Below are positions 49,121 to 58,720 of a DNA stretch of 64,000 bases, in pieces (the first letter of the stretch is position 1; the number at the start of each line of letters is the position of its first letter). Below the pieces are notes generated by a model, which saw nothing but the letters and a program-made list of their open reading frames with translations, had not been told where the DNA came from and did not search any database. The position numbers and the translations under genes were made by a program. The stretch is from Raja brachyura (Eukaryota): NCBI GenBank assembly GCA_963514005.1, contig OY740781.1, positions 177,692,001-177,756,000 on the forward strand. Direction: 5' to 3'.

Positions 49121-50152
49121 GTGCTTAGGAACTTATGTTGGCTAAGTCATTAGCTGGAATACCTGATCGTACAGGGGGTTTGTTTATTTTTTGTGCACAA
49201 AATAGAATTTCTAACAATAAAATGAATTCTCATTTGTGTCACAAGTGTCAATCAGGTTTGTGTGTTCATGTCCCAGTATAATGCTTCAACAAGTTCACTC
49301 TAGACATTAAAATATGTTGTATTAAAAAAAAATCAAACCGGATGATTGCAATTCTCTAGGTCTGGAAGTCAAAGTCCACTGATGAGATGCCTGGTAGGTA
49401 GCTTGCCCTTTTAGTCAAGGAAACTCATTGTCTGTTTAACTGAAAAAACCCTGATGCTAGTTTTGTATTTTATGCTTATTTTCGAGCTGTGCTATGAAAT
49501 AATGCAAATTAACTTAGTCTTGAACCATGAAGGAAACATGTATGTATTACAACTCTAAACTGAACTCAAGTATCAGTGGTCAAGTTAATTAGGCATGCCA
49601 CCAACATGTTTGTTACTTTTTTGCATATCTTTCATTCATATGTTCTATATCTCTCTACATTATCATCTATATCTTGTTTCGCTTTTCCTTGACTTTCAGT
49701 CAGAAGACGGGTCTCAACGAGAAACATCACCCATTCCTTCTCTCCAGAGATGCTGCCTGTCCTGCTGAGTTACTCCAGCATTTTGTGTCTATCTTCGGTT
49801 TAAACCAGCATCTGCAGTTCCTTCCTACCCATCCTGCCCACTGCTGTTGGCTTCAGGCATAACCTGCCACAATTAATTTCCCTGTCATGTTGAGTAACCA
49901 CATCGATCCTAGTGTTTCCAGCATTTCCCTTGTGCACCGTAGGACATTGCTCTTTGTCTGCCGAATTTGGATAAAGTTGTGCCTGTGAGTGTTTTGCACC
50001 ATGACAAAGTGATCTGCTGCAGTACTAATATGCAGTAGTTTTTAATTATTTTCTTTATCATTATCTGTGATATAAATACCATTTGGTGTTTAATTTAGTT
50101 TACTATTATCACACGTATGGAGGTACAGTGAAAAGCTTTTGATTGCACACCA

Positions 50153-50436
50153 GGCACGGTGGTGCAGCGGTAGAGTTGCTGCCTTACAGCGCTTGACGAG
50201 ACTCGGGTTCGATCCCGATTACGGGTGCTGTCTGTACAGAATTTGTGCGTTCTCCTCATGACCGTGTGGGTTTCAGTTTCCTCCCACACTCCAAAGACGC
50301 ATAGGATTGTAGGTTAATTGCCTTGGATAAGTGTAAATTGCCCCTAGTGTGTGTAGGATAGTTTTAATGTGTGGGGATCGCTGGTCGACTGGGTTTACCG
50401 AAGGGCCTGTTTCCGCGCTGTATCTCCAAACTAAAG
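50153..50436 (+). mobile_element. HE1 (V-SINE), full length
   Basis: ggcacggtggtgcagcggtagagttgctgccttacag (A box), gggttcgatcc (B box), V-domain and CR1-like tail ccgaagggcctgtttccgcgctgtatctc. Confidence 0.92.
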
Positions 50437-50700
50437 TTAAAAGACTGTATAGTCGCAATCAGTGTACAGTGTACAGATAAAGGATAAAGGGTACAGCATT
50501 TAGTCCAAGATGAAGCCCGATAAAGTCTGATTAAAGATAGTTCTTGGCCAATGCTTCGATGTGGCTGGTCCACTGCAAATTGCTGGTGATATTTATTCCT
50601 AGGAAGTTGAAGCTTTCAACTATCTGTACTTCCGCGCCATCAATGTACACTTGATGTGTGTACTGCTTTGTTTCCTGAAGTCAATCTCAATCTCCTTTGT

Positions 50701-50840
50701 GTAGGAAGGAAATGCAAATGCTGGTTTACACCGAAGATAGACACAAAATGCTGGAGTACCGATGAAGGGTCTCGACCTGAAACGTCACCCATTCCATCTC
50801 TCCAGAGATGCTGCCTGTTACTCCAACATTTTGTGTCTAT
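50701..50840. mobile_element. Fold-back Penelope pLTR insertion with 10-11-bp TSD inside a Rex1 RT remnant
   Basis: (a)tctcctttgt at 50690-50700 and 50839-50849; an inverted tailed copy is joined to a forward copy. Confidence 0.85.
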
Positions 50841-51676
50841 CTCCTTTGTCTTGACAATGAAGCAGAGTTCGTTGTCTTTACACCAGGTTACGGGGTTCTC
50901 ATTTACTCATCTACTTCCTAAGTATTCAAGGCATTCCTCTGGGATTGCTCTGCATATTCCTGCAAGACATGCCTGGATTGAGCTTCCAATATTTGCTATA
51001 TTCTGTCTGTTTTTGTCATGTCCAATGTGATACATGTGCTATTTTAGGATAAATATCACAATGGGCTCTTTTGAATGGATAAACCAAACCTGCTTCATTT
51101 CTATGGCATCAACAGCAGGAACGTTGTCCTTTTGTAAACAAGTGAACTGCAGGTTTCCTGCCTTTCAGAAAAAAGTGGCTTCCAGTTTCTGGCCCAAACT
51201 GCCTTATGCGTTGATGACACCGTACCATAAAGATGAAGACATTTAACTCTACCATTACCAACAGTGTCTTTTCAAATATGAGGTCTGGAGTGTTAAAAAC
51301 TCGACTTGAGTAGCTGATCAGCTAATCTGCACACTTATCTGTTTCCCCATGCTCAGTCCAAGGACATTCTGAAATTGGAATATCTCACTAACACAATGTC
51401 TCAAACTCACAATGTAATCGCCAATTGCCTCTTTTGGAATTTAAATATGCAGAATTTGTATCTTTGAAATATTATGGATGGACCTGGGTTGAAATGTTAC
51501 TTGAATTTTATTTTACCATTTCATCAAATAGAACTTTAAACGCGCTATGTGGTTTTGAAACATTAGCCAGTGTCACATCCGTATCCCTGGCCTCCTGCAA
51601 TAGTATGTTTTACCTTCACTCAAGGGGTCCTGTTTTTTGTTCTTTGTAATTAAAAAAATGACATGTATGTAAAGTA

Positions 51677-53158
51677 TCCATACATGACTAATACTTTGAT
51701 CTTGTGCTCTTCCGGTTTGCGGGATTTTTCTATTTGTGCAAAAGCAGTAAGCAATAGCGCTACGATTTTTTGCCAGGTTACTCACCGTTCTCCTGTGCTA
51801 CGAGTGCAACAAGTTTCGTTCTCATCGGTGGTATATTGTAAAATTTATCGAGGTTTAAAAATCTTTTAAAACGCGCGTGCGCAGATTCCTTCAGTCAGCG
51901 CCACACAGATTGGTGTCTTCCCCTGTCAGTCAATGCCACGGCCGGGATGGTGACGCCCCTTTCTGCCCCACCGGCGGAGGCCTGTCCTGCCTCACTCACA
52001 AACTCCTCTCTCCCCTCCTCACAGTAACTTGTCTATCGTCCCCCCCCACTACCGGCGGCGGCCATGGGGGAGTAGACTTGAAGGCCCTGGTCCCGTCTCT
52101 CCCTCATCCCCTCTCCCCGCCCACCCTCTGCGACAATGGTGGCCCCGTCGAACCGCCCCCCCCGGGTCCGTCTCCTCGGCCGCCACCGCCGTCATGGTAA
52201 CTCACCTTCATGGCCTTCTCGGAGATCTTCTCCACCTGCACATCAAAACTCGTGGTACCCACCGTGACGAACACCGACTCCACCGCCCCCACCCCCCCTC
52301 GAGGTCCGGCGGCGGCGGCAGCGAGCAGGTGGGCAGGGCAGGGCAGAGTGGGGACGGGCCGAGCCCAGCAGCAGGCAGTCGAACAGGACGGGGACGGGCC
52401 GAGCGGCGGCTGAGCCGGAGTGGGCTGAGGGAGGGAGGGAGAGTCTGGTTGCAGGGTGGCCGAGCAGTTTGCGCGGAGTTTGAGTAACTCTCACACACAT
52501 GATACAAACTGGTCCAATCGTCAAGTCAACGGGATCTAAACCATAGCTAACAATGAATTACCTGTGGAAAAAGGAACTGCACTTGCTGCTTTTTATGGAT
52601 GGAGGAGGGAGGGAGGGAGGGAGGGAGAGGAGAGGGAGGAATTTGGGAAGAGAGTGGAAAGATCCTGGGGAGGTGAGGAGGGAGAGTGGGGGGATTGAGG
52701 GAAAGGAAGGGGTAGGGAGGGAGAGGGGAAAGTGGGGGTTGAGGAGAGTGGGAGAGGAGAGCGAATAGAGGGAGAGGAGGGGGGTGTGGGGGGGGATAGG
52801 GGGAGGTGAGGAGTGGGAGATAGAGGGATAGGAGGGGGTGGGGCGAGGAGTTATGGAGGGAGGGAGTGACTGAGGGTAAGGGAAAGGGGAGGGAGAGGTG
52901 AGTGAGGGATTGGGGGGGAGGAGGAGAGGGGAAAGAAGAGGGAGGGTGAAGTGGAGGGGGAAGGAGTGCTGGGGATGAGGGGAAATGAGCTGCGCCTGCA
53001 CAGTTGGGGGCTATGCGTGAGTGGTGGAATATTGTGCTGGGTGGACGGGTTGAATTGGGGGAACGGGTGAGTGGTAGAATATTGCATTGGGGAACGGGTT
53101 GCGTTGGGGGACCAGGCCTCCCGTGTAACAGGGACCCAACGGGTCCCACTTAGTCTAG
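51677..53158 (+). mobile_element. Complete non-autonomous Helitron with captured cargo
   Basis: A|TC 5' end, 3' hairpin GGGACCC-aac-GGGTCCC (53131-53147) followed by CTAG|T, no TSD. Termini shared with the copies at 35510-36265, 36600-37202 and 37941-38107. Confidence 0.88.
52206..52283 (-). pseudogene. ALG13: Captured ALG13-like first exon inside the Helitron
   Basis: GTG GAG TCG GTG TTC GTC ACG GTG GGT ACC ACG AGT TTT GAT ... GCC ATG AAG|gtgagt = VESVFVTVGTTSFDVQVEKISEKAMK. VFVTVGTTSFD is the recalled N-terminal signature of ALG13 (MKCVFVTVGTTSFDDL). The donor falls about where I recall ALG13 exon 1 ending. Confidence 0.8.
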
Positions 53159-53438
53159 TCTAGGAATCAGGGCAGCATGAGGGAGCTTCTGGGCTGACAA
53201 TAGAACTATGCCAAAGGAGCTCCTATGCTATCAGCTGTAGTGTCAGGATATTTCTGGTCTGACATCGAGGAGCACCCAGCTCCCAGGACCAACATCTAGG
53301 CAGTGCTAGTCCCAGTTCAACACTAGGTTAACCAGCATAGTTGATTAATCACGACAAGATCAACCTTGCTGTTTATTGCTTCAATATTAAATGACCTGCC
53401 CTCCTGTTTTGCCGCGCTTCTCTTAAGTTGCAGACTTA

Positions 53439-53642
53439 CGGGCCTGTCCCACTTTCACGACCTAATTCACAACCTTTTTTACTCGTGGATATTTTTCATC
53501 ATGCTAGAAAAAACGCCCTGACCTACTTGATGCCACGAGTACCTACGACTAGCATCACTATCTGCTACGACCTACCTACGGCCTCCTACGACCCCGTGAC
53601 GACCATGTTGTGAGTATGAGTCAAGGGCAAACTCAGCAGAGG
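53439..53642. mobile_element. PIF/Harbinger-type MITE, one end only
   Basis: TTA|cgggcctgtcccact; internal sequence related to 33375-33500. Confidence 0.7.
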
Positions 53643-53969
53643 TTTGGGTTTTGGGTTTTGTTTGTAACAATAACATAAACACATTTTAACTTGAAGCATC
53701 AAGATGGCATGTCAGTATGGTGGTAGTTGACTCCCCAAAATGTACTGAAGCATTGTAAATACATTATTTTTCCTCCCCATGACACAATTCTTTAAGATAA
53801 TAGCCAACTAACATCCAGTTCAAAGTAACAATTACAGCCACATATTTCAGTATTACGTATTGCATATTGTAGAACACAAGTCACAGGCCAATATACATAT
53901 ATACACCATAGCAACAGCTTCCAGGAACTCAGAAAAAAAGGCACAAGACAAGAAACGAAAGAGAACTCG

Positions 53970-54182
53970 AAACAACGAGCTGCAGATGCTGGTTTACCAA
54001 AAAAAGACAAATTACTGGAGTAACTCATCGGTTCAGTCATCTTCTCTAGAGTACATGGATAGGTGACATTTCGGGTCGGGGCTCTTATTCAGACTTGGAA
54101 GGGTCCTGACCCGAAACATCACCTATCTCTGTCCTCCAGAGATGGGGTCTGACTCGTTGCGTTACTGCGGGACTGTGTGTCT
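53970..54182. mobile_element. Fold-back Penelope pLTR insertion (decayed)
   Basis: Inverted tailed copy (gctgcagatgctgg...ttcagac) joined to a forward copy (gaagggtcctgacccgaaacatcacc...tgtgtc). Confidence 0.78.
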
Positions 54183-54485
54183 TTTTTTAAACAGGAAGAG
54201 ATAGAACTGATAGCAGATCTCTAGGTAGCCATGTTCCTCATGAAGATAAGAAATTAAGATAAGCTATACAAAGAAGAATTTCCTTTATGGCAGTTAGGCT
54301 CGAGGCATGGGAAAGAAGCAATACAGTTCAGAGATAAATAAAACGGCAGGAGTAGATACAAGTGGTTAGATGGGATGGCATTCATTAAATAATCCAAGAG
54401 GGTTTTTGAAGCAGCATGTAAAGTCTTACTAGTGAAGGGGTTGTACTTGACCTTACAGAAATGAGTCGAGTCAAGTTGAGTTTAA

Positions 54486-54776
54486 GGTGGCACAGTGGCG
54501 CAGCGGTAATTTTGCTGCCTTACAGTGCCAGAGAACCGGGTACGATCCTCACTACGGGTGCTGTCTGTACGGAGTTTGTATGTTCTTCCTGTGATAGCAT
54601 GGGTTTTCTCCGGGTGCTCTGGTTCCCCCCCTCCCCCGCACACACCTGAAGACGTAAAGGTTTGTAGGTTAATTAGCTTTGGTAAAATTGTAAGTTGTCC
54701 CTAGTGTGTAGGATAGTGTTTGTGTATGGGGTGATCGCTGGTCGGTGCGGACTTGTTTCCATGCTGTGTCTCTGAA
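54486..54776 (+). mobile_element. HE1 (V-SINE); a further, more decayed copy lies at about 55422-55727
   Basis: ggtggcacagtggcgcagcgg head, V-domain and tail as in 50153-50436. Confidence 0.88.
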
Positions 54777-55752
54777 GTAACGTCATATGCATAAGTATGG
54801 TGAGGTACAGGTACCATGAAAATTTCATTTATGGTAGCATCATGAGCACATAGACTCGACAACACAGCAAACAAAAATGACACAAATTCTACAAGGCAGT
54901 GAAAAGAAAAGCAAAAAAAAGACATCCCGGTAGTTGGAAACAAGTTTGTGGGTAGTGTAAGAGCTATTTCAAAATGTTCTGTTGCTGTCGTGAGATTAAG
55001 ATTGTGCAGGTATGTACTAAAATATATACAACATGGAAAAATACCATTGTGTAGGAAGGAACTGCAGTTAGACACAAAAAGCTGGAGTAACTCAGTGCGA
55101 TAGGCAGCATCTCTAGAGAGAAGGTGTTGGTGACGTTTCGGATTTCAATAGTGTAAGACAGGACCTTGTGGAAATAAACTGGGAGCAGCTGCTAGAGGGG
55201 TAAATCGCAAATGAGAAGTGGGTGGCATTTACATGTAACATAGTAAGAATTCAGAGTGGCTACAAGAAGCTAAGTTGACAAGTTTAGGAAACAAAGTTTG
55301 ATCAAGGAAAGGGAGGAAAGGTTTGTCAGGTATAGAAGATTAGCAATGAATATGTCCTTTGAGGTTTAGAGGGAATATGGGAGAGAACTTAAGAGAAAGA
55401 GAAATTAGGAGGGCAAACCCCAGACAGTGGTGCAGCTGGTAGAGCTGCTGCCACAGTGCCAGAGTGCCAGGTTTGACCCTGACGCCATGCGCTGTCTGTG
55501 TGGAGTTTGCATGTTCTCCCTGGGACCGCATAGGTTTCCTTCGGCTACTTCCCTTTCGTCCCCCATACCAAAGATATGTGGGTCTGTAGGGTTATTGGTC
55601 GCTGTAAAATGTCCCCAGGGTATAGGGAGTGAATGAGAAAGTGGGGTAACACAGAACTGGTGTGAAAGGGGGATCAATGGTTTGTACGGACACGTTTACA
55701 TTGCTGTATCCCTAAACTAAACTAAAAAGAGACCATGAAATAACCTTGGTAA

Positions 55753-56070
55753 AGGGGCTGTCCCACTGTATGAGCTAATTCAAGAGCTCTCCAGAGTTTA
55801 AAAAAAAAATCAAACTCGTGGTAAGCACGTAGAATGTACATAGCGGGTACATCGGAGCTCGGGACGCCTCTTAGCGGCTCCTAACACTAACGGCAGGTTC
55901 TTGGGAAACGCGGTAAGCTCGTGAAGACTCGTGAAGATTTTTCAACATGTTGAAAAATGTCCACGAGAGCCCCGAGTACCGACGAGCGGCTATTACCGTA
56001 ATTCTCCGAGTTCGAATCAGGGGAAACTCGGGAGAACTCTTGAATTAGCTCGTACAGTGAGACAGCCCCA
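55753..56070. mobile_element. PIF/Harbinger-type MITE inside a decayed CR1 (about 55140-56930)
   Basis: TAA|aggggctgtcccactgtatgagctaattcaagag ... ctcttgaattagctcgtacagtgagacagcccca|TAA. Confidence 0.9.
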
Positions 56071-57586
56071 TAAGTAGGATTAATGGAGAATCCTAAATTG
56101 TTAAAAAAAATTGTAGAAGCCAGAAGATTGTTAAGGAAAGAGTAGGTCTATCAGGGACTAAAGCGGTAATCTGTGCGTGGAGCCGGAAATTATGAGCTTG
56201 GTCCAAAATGAACATATCTCATTGGCATTCGCCAGCAAGATGGGTGTGCAGGCTGCAGAGTAAATGAGGGGTATACTGATATTTTGGAGCATTTCTCTAT
56301 CAGGTTGGTGGAATTATGAGAAATATTAGAGCACAAATGGGTGGATATATTCCCACAGCCTGACTGGATGTACCTCAATATTCTAAGGGAAACACTGAGG
56401 AGATTGCTGGGGTTCTAGTGGTGTTTTTTACCCTTGCCAGAAGATTGGAGGATATTCAATATTGTCCCCTTGATTAAAAAGGACAGTATGGATCAGTCTG
56501 GAAAGAATTGGCTGGTAACATATCAGTGGTTGGGAAGTTATTGAAGATTGTGAGGAAAGATAGGGGTGAATTTAGAGGGAGTCAACGGGTTTTGTGTAGG
56601 GGAGAGAACAATTAAAAATTGATAACAGAGAAGTAGACATGGCTTACACGGATTTTGATAAGGCTTTTGACAAGGCCCTGTATGGTAGATAGAACCAGAA
56701 AGGATCGGCAGCATTTTGGCAAGCTAGTTCTGAAATTGGCTTGGTGACAGGAGGCAGAGGGTAGTGGTGGATGGATGTTTTTCAACTATGTCTGCAACAA
56801 GTAGTGCACCGCAGGGATTAGTGCTCAGACCTATTGTTAGTAATACTGTACATATATATAATGACTTGGATGAGAATGTAGGGCGGTCTGATTGGAGTCT
56901 GATGATTGATGACATGAAATTATTCTTGAACATAGGTTCTCATGCTCTTGTATCATCTTCTCGACGATAGCAGCAGGATGAGAGTGTGACCAGGGTGGCA
57001 TGTTTCTTTATGATATTTGCTGTCCTCTTTGGGCAGAGGTTCCTGTAGATCCCTTTGATGGTCGACAAGTGCTGGACCAGAGAAATGTCTACCACTTTCT
57101 GCACACTCCAAGGTTCTTGGCGCTTGAGTTACTGAATCAGGCCGTGCTACAATCAGTTATTATGCTCTTCACCATACACCTTGGAAGTTCAAGAGAATAT
57201 TTAGTGACGTGCTAAATCTCCTCAAACTTCTGAGGAAATAGAGATGTTGATGAGCTATTTTTATGATTGCATCCATGTGTGGACAGATCATCAGAGATGT
57301 GCATGTCCAGGAACTTGAAGCTGTTGACTCTCCTCATCCAATGAAGGCAGATTCATAGATCTTGGTTTTCCCTTATAAAAGTCAATAATTAGGTCTATGG
57401 TCTTGCTAATGTTGACAGCAGGTTTATTGATCTGGCACCACTCAACCAGATTATTGATCTCCCTACAGTACTCTGACCAATTTTTACCCTTTATTTGTCC
57501 AACAGTGGTGCTATTACCAGTGATTTTAAAGATGGTTTGGCACTTTGCCTGGTTACATAGTAATGGGTGTAGAGAGAGTAGAGTAA

Positions 57587-58176
57587 AGGGCCTGTCCCAT
57601 CAGCATGCGACTCCACGCGGTGAGCGCGACCTAACGTGGTCGCTTGAGCCGTCCGGCCTTGTGGGGCCGGTCCCACTTGGATCGCCGGAGCCGTATGGAG
57701 TTTTGCGGAGTTGGTCCCGACATCGCGCGGGGCTCCGAAAAACTGACCGTGTTCAAAAATTCCGTGCGGCAACGGCTTGTCGGCCCGCAGCCGCCGCGAC
57801 GCATTACGCACCGCCTCGACGTCGTGCCTCCGTGACCCTCTCTATATGTGCCTCTGTGACCCTCTCTGTGTGTGCCTCCATAACCCTCTCTCTCTCTGCC
57901 TCCGTGCCCCTCTCTGTGTGCCTCTGTGTCTCTCTCTCTCTCTGTCCCTCTCTGTCCTTGCGAGCTTACCGCGGACATCGCTCCAACTTCGAGCCACGTC
58001 GCGCCACTCACCCGACCTCCGCACAGCCCCCGCTGCCGGTTTGGTCGCGCTCGCCGCACGCAGGCGCATGCTGGTGGGACCGGCCCTGTACGGGGATCAC
58101 CCGACCTCCGCGCGGCCCCCGTTTCCAGTTTGGTCGCGCTCACCGCATGGAGTCGCATGCTGGTGGGACAGGCCCT
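57587..58176. mobile_element. GC-rich PIF/Harbinger-type MITE with duplicated right end; a second short MITE abuts it (58179-58289)
   Basis: TAA|agggcctgtccca.cagcatgcgactcca ... tggagtcgcatgctggtgggacaggccct|TAA. Internal copy of the right end at about 58009-58087. Its left flank is a minus-strand Rex1 RT remnant (about 56935-57583, LLYSLYTH). Confidence 0.88.
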
Positions 58177-58439
58177 TAAGGGCCTTGAGTTGCCACTGTG
58201 CTGATTGTCAGTTAGGAGAAAGTGTTGTTGAAAACATTTCGGCAGTCGCCTGTGGTTGCCTAAAAAATTGCCTAAGTGGGACAGGCCCTTTAAGAAGCAA
58301 AGATAATGGTGCATGGGTTAACAGAAGAAAGGGAATATTTCTGTTAGGTGAGTCCAGAGTTGGTGTCGGATAGCTATAGATGAAGTCAATGGATATATCA
58401 GAATAGGAATGAGATAGAGAATTAAAGTGATAGGCCACA

Positions 58440-58720
58440 GGATGCTGAGCTTCACACCTGCAGACTTAATTCAAATGCTCCACAAAGTGGTCACCTAATC
58501 TGTGTCTGGTTTCATCATTGTAGAGGAGCCAACACTGTGAACATGAAGAGCAGGACACTAGTTTGGCAGAAGTGCTGGCGAATTGCCCGTTCACGTGTAA
58601 AAGTTGTTTCGGCTTCTGAATGGTAGAAAAAGTTAAAAGGACAAATGTTGCATCTTCAGTGGTTGCACAGGATGGTGCCATAAGCAAATGAGTGGTTGGT
58701 GTATATGGAACAGGGAACAA
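58440..58720 (-). mobile_element. Penelope GIY-YIG remnant
   Basis: FASTSAKLVSCSSCSQCWLLYNDETRHRLGDHFVEHL, cf. FTCTSSNLIYCIRCSRCGLLYIGETKRRLGDRFAEHL. Confidence 0.75.

Noticed and set aside
50153-50225. tRNA-like A/B boxes
   Set aside because: They are the tRNA-derived heads of HE1 SINEs, continuous with the V-domain and LINE tail, not tRNA genes.
57397-58373. Overlapping 200-260-aa ORFs on both strands
   Set aside because: Artefact of the GC-rich palindromic MITE and its internal CT/GT microsatellite; no domain motifs.
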